Part shown: piece after piece, positions 9,832-19,257 of the stretch
Numbering within the stretch: position 1 is the first letter of the stretch
Layout of the letters: each line of letters starts with the position of its first letter
NCBI GenBank assembly: GCA_965203555.1
Contig: CBDBCY010000004.1
Location: 1,088,001 to 1,152,000 of the forward strand
Length of the DNA: 64,000 bases
DNA from: Acidimicrobiia bacterium
GTDB lineage: Bacteria > Actinomycetota > Acidimicrobiia > Spongiisociales > ZC4RG35
Direction: 5' to 3'
Notes under the pieces: model-generated
What the model was told of the DNA's origin: nothing
The model's input: the letters and a program-made list of their open reading frames with translations, nothing else
Databases searched by the model: none
Translations under genes and position numbers: made by a program

Positions 9832-10713
9832 GTGGAACCATCCACCTCACCGCTCCGATCGGCCCGCTTGGACAGGGTAGCCACCGCCACCGGACACTTC
9901 GCAGTCCTGGCGATCGATCATGTCGCTTCCTTCGCCGCCACCGTGCGACCCGACGATCCCGGCTCGATGAGCACCGAGGACATCTGGAAGACCAAACTGC
10001 CGCTGATCGACGGGCTGGGTCCCCACGCCGGCGCGATGCTGATCGATCCGGGCTTTCTGCAAGGCTCCGGTTTCGAACGCTCCGAAGCCTTGTCCGAGAC
10101 CGGCCTGATCCTGGGCATCGAGGACGGCGACTACGCGGACGTGCTCACCGCTCCTCGTTTCCTTCCCGGTTGGAGCGTGGAGAGAGCCGCTCTACTGGGG
10201 GTGGACGCGGTCAAGATCTCGATGTTCTTCGAACCCGGCGGCGACACCTCTGCGGCACAGGCCTTCGTCACCGAGGTGGTCGACCAGTGCCGACAGCAAC
10301 ACATGCCCCTCTTCGCCGAGCCCCTGGCCCTGTACGAGCACCCGCATGAAAGAAGAGATGCGGTCCTGGAAGGCGTAAGGCTCTTCGGACCCCTGGGCGC
10401 CGATGTCCTCAAGCTCCAGTTCCCCGAACCGGCCGAGAACACCTCCCCCGACTCCTGGGCCGAGGCCTGCCGTGAGATCGACCGGCTCAGCCCCGTCCCC
10501 TGGGCCATCCTCTCCGAGGGCGGCGACTACCACCTGTTCCGCCGTCAGCTCGCCATCGCCTGCCGAGCCGGCGCCTCCGGTTTCCTGGGCGGGCGTGCGG
10601 TCTGGCGGGAGGCAGCCACCGGCGAGGCCAGCCTGGACGGAGCAAAGGCCCGGATCAGAGAGCTGAATTCAATCGCCGTGGCCGAGGGTGTAGATTGGAG
10701 AAGTCGAAAGTGA
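9832..10713 (+). CDS. Class I aldolase, tagatose-1,6-bisphosphate/sulfofructosephosphate aldolase (LacD) family
   Basis: LAIDH, DAVK, ADVLKLQFP (Schiff-base Lys), PWAILSEG, GASGFLGGRAVW. Confidence 0.85.
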   Translation: MEPSTSPLRSARLDRVATATGHFAVLAIDHVASFAATVRPDDPGSMSTEDIWKTKLPLIDGLGPHAGAMLIDPGFLQGSGFERSEALSETGLILGIEDGDYADVLTAPRFLPGWSVERAALLGVDAVKISMFFEPGGDTSAAQAFVTEVVDQCRQQHMPLFAEPLALYEHPHERRDAVLEGVRLFGPLGADVLKLQFPEPAENTSPDSWAEACREIDRLSPVPWAILSEGGDYHLFRRQLAIACRAGASGFLGGRAVWREAATGEASLDGAKARIRELNSIAVAEGVDWRSRK

Positions 10714-10729
10714 TCGAGAAAGGCATGGA

Positions 10730-11844
10730 ATGACCGTGTTTCCAAATGTGAGTGAGGACCGCCGTCAACAGATGTTCGCCGACCCCGACGGGCCCACCCG
10801 CGTCCTGATCGACACCGACACCAACAACGAGATCGACGACCAGTTCGCCATGGCCTGGGCGTTCCTGTCTCCCGAGCGGATCGAGGTGGAAGCCGTGGTG
10901 GCCGAGCCCTTCGGACACCTCCACTACCGCCAACGGGTGGTGGAGGCCGCCAACGCCCTCCGGGCGGGCCGCGAACCCGACTCGGACAACCTGATGGGAT
11001 ACTGGGCGCGCCACCTGATCTCCGAGGGGATCGACCCCGCCACCATGGACATGTGGGGCCCCGCCGAGGGCATGGAAAGCTCCTACGAGGAGATCAAGAC
11101 CGTGCTCGAAAAGATGGGCATCCCCTCCGACGGCCTGGCCTTCCGCGGAGCGCCTCAGTACATGCCGGCGCCCGACGTCCCCGTGGAGAGCGAAGGCGCG
11201 GAGAGAATCATCGAACTGGCCCTGGCGAACGACGAGCGCCCCCTGCACGTGGTGGCGATCGGATGCGTCACCAACGTCTCGTCGGCTCTTCTGATGGCGC
11301 CCGAGATCGCCACCAAGATGGTGGTGAGCTGGACCTCGGGCTTTCCCACCTGGACCGACTTTTCGAACCACACCTCTCTCAACCTGGTGCAGGACCCCCA
11401 CGCCTCGCGGCTCCTCTACGACGCAGGGGTCCCCCTGGTGTACCTGCCGGGCTTCTACATCGGCGCACAGCTGGTGATCTCCCTCCCCGAGATGGAAGCC
11501 TGGATCAGGGGAAAGGGCGAGATAGGCGACTACCTCTACCACCTGTACACCCACAACCCGATCCGCATCGACCGGGGCGTCGGGATGTTCCCCGGCCAGT
11601 CCTGGATAGTCTGGGACCTCATCAACATCGCCTGGCTGATCAACCGGCTCCTGGGTCCCCACCCGCACCGTGCAGACCCCCCGCCTGGACGACAGACCTG
11701 GTCTGGCAACAACGAGCGGGCGCGCCCACCATGCTGGAGGCGATCAGCATCGACCGGGACGCCATCTATCACGACCTGATCCACCAAGCTCGACCGACCA
11801 GGACGATATCCTCGGCGCCTACCGCACCGGGACCGCCGGGTTGA
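10730..11844 (+). CDS. Nucleoside hydrolase (frameshifts in the 3' part, about 11650-11800)
   Basis: VLIDTDTNNEIDDQFA, VVAIGCVTNV, NLVQDPHA, WIVWD. The C-terminus continues in another frame (PTMLEAISIDRDAIYHDL). Confidence 0.8.
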
Positions 11845-11865
11845 GGAGGAGAGTCCACACCACCG

Positions 11866-12919
11866 ATGAGAGCCGCGGTCCTGTCATCCCGAAGGGCGGA
11901 CTCGAGATCGAGGAGCGCCCGGTCCCAGAACCCGGACCCGACGAGGTGCTGGTCTCCCCCCGGCTGGTGGGCATATGCGGATCGGACCTCCACTACTACA
12001 AGGAGGGCCGCATCGGCGACTGGCAGGTCCTCGAACCACACGTCCTGGGACACGAGTTCGCAGGCGGTGGTGGAAGAGAGCCGGACCCGGACACCGAAAC
12101 CGTCCCCGAGTGGGAACGCCACGTGGCGGTGGAACCCATCCTCCCCTGCCGGAGCCTGTGAAACCTGCCAAACGCGGCATCTACAACCTCTGCCCGCAGT
12201 CATCTCCGCTTCACCGGATCTCCCCACACCGACGGAGCCCTCCAGGAGTCGGTGGTGGTCCCCTCCCACACCCTCCACCCCCTCCCCGACGACATGGCCT
12301 TCGAACTGGGAGCCCTGGTCGAGCCCACCTCCATCGCCGTCCACGCCGTCCGAAGGAGCCAACTGCGACCCGGAGAGACGGTGACCATCATCGGCGCCGG
12401 CCCGATCGGGCTCCTGATCCTCTCGGTCTGCCGCGTCCTATCGGTGCCGGAGCAATCCACATCACCGACATCGACCCCGGACGGCTAGCCGGATAGCCGA
12501 GACCCTGGGCGCCACCACCACTCTCGATGTCCGCGGGCATGGACCCACGACGAGATCCGCCGAATGCACCGACCCCCGGAGGAACCGACATAGCATTCGA
12601 GGCGGTGGGAAGCCCCGCAACCCTCGAGACCGCCATGCACCTGGCCCGCCCCAGCGGACGGGTGATCGCGGTGGGCGTCAACATCACAGAACGCATCGCA
12701 TTCAACATGATGCTCGCCCAGTCCAAGGAGACCACGGTCATCCCCATCTACCTGGGACGGGACGCTTTCGGAGAGGCGATCGAACTCCTGGCTTCGGGGC
12801 GGATCCGGGGAGACCGGCTGATCAGCCACCGCTTCCCCTTGGAACGGGCCACCGAAGCCATGGACACCGCGCTCGACGGCGGGGAGGCGGTCAAAGTGCT
12901 GATCGAAGTGAACGAGTGA
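11866..12919 (+). pseudogene. Zn-dependent polyol (sorbitol/iditol) dehydrogenase with several frameshifts
   Basis: Pieces in three frames: MRAAVL, GICGSDLHYY, LGHEF, GALVEP..AVHA, GAGPIGL, FEAVG, ISHRFPL...KVLI. Confidence 0.8.
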
Positions 12920-12934
12920 TCGCGCCGTGAAGCG

Positions 12935-13819
12935 ATGAACAGATTCCGCCTGTCGGAGAAGGGCGCCGAGCGTCTCAGCATCGGGTTCCTCCTCACCCCC
13001 GCCATCGCCGTCATCATCCTCCTCTTCCTGGGAGGCCTGGCCTCCGGCTTCCTGCGCAGTCTCAACTACTTCCCCCTGATCGGGCTGAACGACTTCAACC
13101 TCGACGCGTATGTCGCCATCTTCACCGACAACGGGTTCATCCAGAGCCTGGTGCTCACCTTCCACATCGCCTTCACCTCCACTCTCATCGCCAGCGTCCT
13201 GGCGGTGGCCTCCGCGCTGCTGCTCCGCCCGGCCTTCCGGGGAAAGCGCATCGTCCACTTCTTCTTCTCTCTCAACCTCACCATCCCGCACCTGGTGGGC
13301 GCCATCGGAGTCCTCTACCTCTTCCAGAACAGCGGACTGATCTCCCGCATCCTGACCGGGATGGACATCATCTCCAAGCCCGCCGACTTCCCGGCCATGG
13401 TGTTCGACCCGTGGGCGATCGGGATCATCATCCAGTACGTGTGGAAGGAGATCCCCTTCATCGGGGTGATCGTCCTCGCCATCCTGCTGTCGGTGGGAGA
13501 GGACTACGAGTCGGTGGCAAGATCCCTGGGAGCCAACCGCTGGCAGGCCTTCCGCCAGGTCACCCTGCCGCTCATCATGCCCGGGGTGGTCTCCGCGTCC
13601 GTCATCGTGTTCGCCTTCACCTTCGGCGCCTTCGAGATCCCCTACCTCCTGGGACGGACCTTCCCCGCCGCACTTCCCGTCCTGGCCTACCAGAGCTACA
13701 CCGACGTGGATCTGGCGGCGCGTCCCCAGGCCATGGCCATGGCGATGGTGATCGCCTTCATCTCCACGCTCCTGATCATGGCCTACATGAAGCTCTCGCG
13801 CGTCTACATCAGAGAATGA
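12935..13819 (+). CDS. ABC transporter permease (PotB/CysT-like)
   Basis: Six TM segments; EAA loop ESVARSLGANRWQAFRQVTLP. Confidence 0.92.
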   Translation: MNRFRLSEKGAERLSIGFLLTPAIAVIILLFLGGLASGFLRSLNYFPLIGLNDFNLDAYVAIFTDNGFIQSLVLTFHIAFTSTLIASVLAVASALLLRPAFRGKRIVHFFFSLNLTIPHLVGAIGVLYLFQNSGLISRILTGMDIISKPADFPAMVFDPWAIGIIIQYVWKEIPFIGVIVLAILLSVGEDYESVARSLGANRWQAFRQVTLPLIMPGVVSASVIVFAFTFGAFEIPYLLGRTFPAALPVLAYQSYTDVDLAARPQAMAMAMVIAFISTLLIMAYMKLSRVYIRE

Positions 13820-13832
13820 CAGTGGGACAACC

Positions 13833-14682
13833 ATGACCACCGCGCCCGCGCCCATGCCGCACTTCAACACCCGCTCGATCGGGCGGATCACCCTCCGCTG
13901 GGTGGGCATCACCGGCCTCCTCGCCTTCCTGGTGGCGCCCATGGTGCCCCTTTTCATCTGGTCGATCAGCTTCCGGTGGTTCTATCCCGAACATCCTCCC
14001 CAGCGAGTACTCCGCACGCGCCTGGGAACAGGTGATCTCGCCCACCAACAACGTGATCGGCGCCGCCTGGCAGACCACCCTGATCGCCCTGTTGGTGACC
14101 GTCCTCTCGGTCCTCTTCGGAGTCCCCGCCGGCCGCGCCCTGGGCCTCTACAACTTCCCCGGAAAGCGCATAGTCGAGATCATGATCCTCGCTCCCATCA
14201 TCGTCCCCGGCCTGGCGGTGGTGCTCGGCATCGACACCATGTTCATCCGCTACGGCCTGTCGGGGAACATCATCGGAGTCTCCCTGGTGCACCTGGTGCC
14301 CACCCTCCCCTACATGACGCTGGTGATGTCGGGGGTGTACGCCAACTACGACGTCGACTACGAACTCCAGGCGCGCTCTCTCGGCGCGGGACGCTGGGCC
14401 ACCCAGCGCTACGTGACCCTCCCGGCGGTCTTCCCCGGAGTGGTGGTGGGCGCCCTGTTCACCTTCCTGATCTCCTGGAGCCAGTACGTCCTCACCCTCC
14501 TGATCGGTGACGGACAGGTGGAGACCCTCCCCATCCTGTTGTTCAATTTCGCCCGCTCCGAACCCGCCATCGCCGGCGCGCTGAGCGTGGTCTTCATCCT
14601 GCCGGGCATACTGGTGCTGCTGCTCAGCTCCAAGTACCTGTCCGGCGACAGCGCCGCAGTAGGAGGTATCGGCAACATATGA
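13833..14682 (+). CDS. ABC transporter permease (PotC-like), one frameshift near 13990
   Basis: N-terminus in 13833 frame, remainder in 14032 frame; EAA loop QARSLGAGRWATQRYVTLP. Confidence 0.85.
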
Positions 14683-15755
14683 CCCAAGTGACACTCACCG
14701 GACTGACCAAGATCTTCGACCAGAAGAACCCTCCCGCGGTGGACAACCTGGACCTGGAGATCGAATCCGGAAAGCTCACCGCCCTCCTGGGACCCTCGGG
14801 ATGCGGCAAGACCACCACCATGAAGATGATCGCCGGCCTCCTCCGACCCACCTCGGGAGACATCCTATTCGACGGCGACTCCATCCTCAGCATCAAGCCC
14901 GAGGAACGCGGTGCGGTAATGGTGTTCCAGAACTACCTGCTGTTCCCCTACATGAACATCGCCGACAACATCGGCTTCGGCCTGAAGATGCGAAAAGTCA
15001 ACAAAAAAGAGATCAGATCCCGCGTCGAAGACATGCTCGACCTGGTCCAACTCCCCGGATTCGAGGACCGAAAGCCCAACCAACTCTCGGGAGGACAGCA
15101 GCAACGCATCGCCCTGGCCCGCGCGCTGATCGTCGAGCCAAACGTCCTCCTCTTGGACGAACCACTCTCCAACCTCGACGCACACCTCCGCGACGAGATG
15201 CGCGTCCTGATCAGAAGAATCCAGACCGAGATGGGGATCACCACAGTCTTCGTCACCCACGACCAGGAGGAGGCAGTCGTCCTGGCCGACAAGGTGGCGC
15301 TCTTATTCGACGGTCGCCTCCAGCAGTTCGACGGTCCCGACTCCTTCTACGAGACACCCAACACAGTCGAGATCGCCACCTTCTTCGGCGGCACCAACTT
15401 CATACCCGGCCGGTACCAAAACGGGCAGATCACCACCGCCATCGGCAAGTTCGCGGCGCCCCACTCACTGGTCCCCGACGGAGAGGCGATACTCAGCATC
15501 CGCCCCGAAGCGGTCGACCTGGGCGCGGCAGGGGAGAACAGCGTAGAAGGGACCGTCCTATCCCACGTCTACGCCGGACGCTACGCGCGCTTCCAGGTAC
15601 GGATCGGCGACACCGAGATCGAAGCGGTCACCGAACCCGGACAGGTCAAGTTGTTCGCCGACGGAGACAATATCCCGGTGAAGTTCGATCCCGAAAAGAT
15701 CTGGATCCTGGGACCCAACGCCGCAGAGCAACAGGCCGCCGATTCCACCGGATAG
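14679..15755 (+). CDS. ABC transporter ATP-binding protein (PotA-like, TOBE domain)
   Basis: GPSGCGKT, LSGGQQQR, LLLDEP, VTHDQEEA. Confidence 0.95.
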   Translation: MTQVTLTGLTKIFDQKNPPAVDNLDLEIESGKLTALLGPSGCGKTTTMKMIAGLLRPTSGDILFDGDSILSIKPEERGAVMVFQNYLLFPYMNIADNIGFGLKMRKVNKKEIRSRVEDMLDLVQLPGFEDRKPNQLSGGQQQRIALARALIVEPNVLLLDEPLSNLDAHLRDEMRVLIRRIQTEMGITTVFVTHDQEEAVVLADKVALLFDGRLQQFDGPDSFYETPNTVEIATFFGGTNFIPGRYQNGQITTAIGKFAAPHSLVPDGEAILSIRPEAVDLGAAGENSVEGTVLSHVYAGRYARFQVRIGDTEIEAVTEPGQVKLFADGDNIPVKFDPEKIWILGPNAAEQQAADSTG

Positions 15756-15759
15756 GCGG

Positions 15760-16983
15760 TTGACCCGCCCCGGCTCCGAAAACGGGTCCCCACCAATCGG
15801 ACACCAAACCCGATGGGGCCTGATCGCCGCCGGATGGTCGGTCTACGCCATCTACTACCTGGGCAGGGTCAACTTCTCGGTAGCGGTACCCGGACTCGAG
15901 GACGAAGCCGGCCTCGACGCCACCAGGATCGGCACCCTGGCAGCCGGATTCTTCTGGGTCTACTCCCTCTCCGCAGTACCTGTTGGGCGCCTAGCCGACC
16001 GGATCGGCGCACGCCTCCTGGTGGGGCTGGGCCTGGTGGGAAGCGGGCTGATGAACGTCCTGTTCATCCTGTTCATCGAGAACTTTGCGCTGTCGCTGGT
16101 CGTATGGTCGGCCAACGGGATCTTCCAGGCCATGGGATGGACGCCACTGATCGGCGCGGTGGGGCGCTGGGCATCCGACAGGGGCGCCGCTCGGGTGATC
16201 GCCTCCTTTGGCTCCTGCTTCGTCGCCGGGACCGCTCTCACCTTCGCCTTGGGGGGACTCATTATCGAACGTGGCGGAGTCGAAGCCGTGTTCATCGCCG
16301 CAGCCACCGTGCTGATACCGGTCGGCATCGCCTGGTGGATCGGGGTACGAGATCCGATCGAGACATCTTCTGAGGCCGAGCAACCCGGTGGCTCGACTGG
16401 ACAAGCACTCTGGCTCCTCCCCCCGGCAGCAGCCATCGGAGCCGCCTATGTTGCGCTGGTGGTCTGGACACCCGCCTACTTCGTCGAAGTTCACAACGAG
16501 GCGGTGGGCCGCTCCGGCTTGCTCGCTGCAGCCATGCCCGCTTTCGCCATCCTGGCCACAATCACTGTGGGGCGCTGGTTTCGAGACGCCATCGGACCGG
16601 GTTCCGCCCTGAAGGGCGGTCTGGTCCTGGGAGTCACCTCGGTTGCTCTAGGCATGGTTAGCCAGGCTGACGATCTCTTGGCGGGATTCGCCACAGTCGC
16701 CATCGCCACTGCGCTGGTAGGCGCGTCCTCCTCGATCGTCCTAGGCCTGTTCCCTAGGATGACATCACCCGAAGGCGTGGCACTGGTCAGCGGCATTTAC
16801 GCACTGGGCTTTAACCTGGGGGGCGGTGCAGGCTCACCGGTGGTGGGCAGGTTGGTGGATCAGGATGCCTGGGATGGGGTGTTCCTGTTCCTCGCCGGTG
16901 TGGTCCTGGTCGGTGCAATCTGGACGGTCGGCTGGTATGTCTGGGCCCGATCCCACATGCCGACAGAAAGGCTCGCCTCATGA
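15760..16983 (+). CDS. MFS transporter (OPA/ACS-like)
   Basis: YYLGRVNFS, GRLADRIGAR motif A, about 12 TM segments. Confidence 0.9.
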   Translation: MTRPGSENGSPPIGHQTRWGLIAAGWSVYAIYYLGRVNFSVAVPGLEDEAGLDATRIGTLAAGFFWVYSLSAVPVGRLADRIGARLLVGLGLVGSGLMNVLFILFIENFALSLVVWSANGIFQAMGWTPLIGAVGRWASDRGAARVIASFGSCFVAGTALTFALGGLIIERGGVEAVFIAAATVLIPVGIAWWIGVRDPIETSSEAEQPGGSTGQALWLLPPAAAIGAAYVALVVWTPAYFVEVHNEAVGRSGLLAAAMPAFAILATITVGRWFRDAIGPGSALKGGLVLGVTSVALGMVSQADDLLAGFATVAIATALVGASSSIVLGLFPRMTSPEGVALVSGIYALGFNLGGGAGSPVVGRLVDQDAWDGVFLFLAGVVLVGAIWTVGWYVWARSHMPTERLAS

Positions 16984-17768
16984 CCGATCGCCCTTCGAAG
17001 CACCGGGCGGTAATGGACCTCAGCCGTGAGGAGTGGCTGGATGCGCTGGGCATGGACGCCGCGGACATCCCGAAGGCTGTCATCATGGAAGGTTCCTGGT
17101 GGCGAGCGCAACGCACAGAGTGGCGTCTGAGCTACCTGGACGACGTGCGGGAACTCGCCTTTCCCGACATGTTCTACGGATTCTGGCAAGGGTCACCGGT
17201 TGTGTACTCCTGCGTCTACGGAGCACCCAGAGCTGTTGAATTGGCGCACCTGTTCGGAGTGCTGGGGACATCCCGGATGGTCATGATCGGCACGTGCGGC
17301 GCCCTGGATCCCGGATTGGCTACCGGCGACGTGGTCGTACCTTCGCAAGCGGTGGCTCGGGAAGGGGTTGCTCACCTTTACCAAGACGTGGCGGAAGACA
17401 CCGGAGTCGTCTTCTCCGACCCGGATCTCACCCGAAGGGGAAAGGCCGCCCTAGAGAACAGAGGAGTCAGGACTGCCGACTCCCTGCATCTGACATGGAG
17501 TTCCATCTTCGCTCAGAGCGGAGCCATGGTCGAGGAGTGGCGGGAAAGGGGCTACGGATCCGTGGACATGGAAGCCGCCACTCTCTTCGCCGTAGCGAGA
17601 CACTTCCAATTCGCCGCCACGGCTCTGCTGGTGGTGTGGGACCAACTAGCCGCCGACCGCAGCTTCCTCGACCCCCTCACCCCAACAGAACAAAGCCATC
17701 TTCATACAGCAAACGCGGCTGTTCATAAAGTTGCTCTAGAAATAGCAATCGACTCTGCTACCGATTGA
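16980..17768 (+). CDS. Nucleoside phosphorylase (PNP/UDP family 1)
   Basis: YGAPRA, IGTCGAL, GDVVVP..A...EG, VDMEAA. Confidence 0.85.
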   Translation: MTDRPSKHRAVMDLSREEWLDALGMDAADIPKAVIMEGSWWRAQRTEWRLSYLDDVRELAFPDMFYGFWQGSPVVYSCVYGAPRAVELAHLFGVLGTSRMVMIGTCGALDPGLATGDVVVPSQAVAREGVAHLYQDVAEDTGVVFSDPDLTRRGKAALENRGVRTADSLHLTWSSIFAQSGAMVEEWRERGYGSVDMEAATLFAVARHFQFAATALLVVWDQLAADRSFLDPLTPTEQSHLHTANAAVHKVALEIAIDSATD

Positions 17769-17906
17769 AGGCTGTAGGTGTGAACCACCCTCCAAGGCTT
17801 AGTGTCCACACTGCCGAGTATCTGGCAACCCCCAGCTGAAATCCGAAGGGGCTTATCTCCAGATGCGACCCAGGGTCTCTATCATTGTTAATATAAACTG
17901 TCCACA

Positions 17907-18875
17907 ATGTCCCATGACGCCTCTAATGGTCCCACACACGATGGCAATCTGGCAACATCCTCTGGCCGGTATGCACAACGTGCCCTTGCCTGCTACGCAC
18001 AAGGTGACTGGGAGGGCTTTGTTGTCAATGCCTGTACCGCCGTGGAGTTGCTAGCCAAAGCGGTTCTTGCAAAGGTAAATATTCTGCTGATAGCAGATTG
18101 TAGAGAGAAGAGCCTTTTAGAACTAGCGTTAAGCAATCCTAGACGAGGATTTCCAACTTCGGCCCGAACAATCGGCATCGGGGCGTGCCTCAGCCGCATC
18201 AACGCGATCGGAGTGAGGTTGGACTACCGGGACGAGGTGCTGGCTTTATCCAAGATGCGTAACAGTTTGCTACATAGTGGACATTATGACCCTGATGCTG
18301 TGGATGAATCTCTACTAAGGGTTTGGGTGAGTGCATTAGTCCAACTCGCTGATCACGGTCAATACGGCAGATCCATGATCTTCGGGGTTCACACGGAGTT
18401 TGCGGAAACCCAGATTAGCCAACACGAGGATGACTTAGCAGCTCTCCTGGCAAAGAAGATGGCGGCTGCCCAAAGTCGGTGGCGAGAGCTAGCTGATCTT
18501 GACTCGCTCAGCATCCCATTGATGCATGAAGTCCTACTAACCCAGCTTATTGCCGATAATTCCGTGGATCCAACCATCCAGTGTATGCCCTGCCCCGTCT
18601 GTGACATGCCAGCCGGTCTTTTCGGGGAATTTGAACCTGAGCCAGAATATGACAGGATCGACGGAGAAATGATGGCTGTTGGTGTTTATCACGAATACGT
18701 GCCGGAACAACTCTTCTGTCAAACCTGTCGGTTACACTTGGACTCACGGGAACTGGTAGAGCGATCTGGGGTGTTAGACAATTGGGAGGTCTCTGATGAT
18801 GATCGTGAGCGATGGGATAAGATAGTTGCTGAAGAGGAGCTTTGGAATGACAAGGAGTGGCGATTCGACTTCTAG
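17907..18875 (+). CDS. Hypothetical protein with HEPN-like N-terminus and Zn ribbon
   Basis: AVELLAKAVL and RNSLLH (RxxxxH); CPVC...CQTC. First lower-GC gene of the island. Confidence 0.55.
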   Translation: MSHDASNGPTHDGNLATSSGRYAQRALACYAQGDWEGFVVNACTAVELLAKAVLAKVNILLIADCREKSLLELALSNPRRGFPTSARTIGIGACLSRINAIGVRLDYRDEVLALSKMRNSLLHSGHYDPDAVDESLLRVWVSALVQLADHGQYGRSMIFGVHTEFAETQISQHEDDLAALLAKKMAAAQSRWRELADLDSLSIPLMHEVLLTQLIADNSVDPTIQCMPCPVCDMPAGLFGEFEPEPEYDRIDGEMMAVGVYHEYVPEQLFCQTCRLHLDSRELVERSGVLDNWEVSDDDRERWDKIVAEEELWNDKEWRFDF

Positions 18876-19257
18876 CCGGAGGACTGTTGAGCGGTGAGGA
18901 AGGATACTATTGTCAATGGCATGCAACCCCCGCAGATGCAATGGGATCCGCTTAACATCAGCCCTCATTGAGGCCTCCTGAATAGGCGACACAGTACCGC
19001 CCAACATCAGCGAGGCCTTAACCCCTGAACAAGGACCTCAACCATCCCCACTCCCCAACAATTCGCGAAGCCTCGATTCGCTAAGTCGCACAATCCACAC
19101 AGAGGTATGGTGAACACAGCGTCCGCTCCGAAGGACAGAACACCGGCTGAGGGACTAGGCGCTTTGCGAGTTCTTCGGATAGGAGTAAGGGGAGGCTGCG
19201 CGTTTCCATTACCGTCAGGCCCACCGCCGTCTCCAAGACCATCGACCGGACTGAGGC

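Noticed and set aside
11650-12540. Programmed frameshifting in the hydrolase and dehydrogenase
   Set aside because: Many indels cluster around C/G runs and also affect unrelated genes; sequencing error or decay is more likely.
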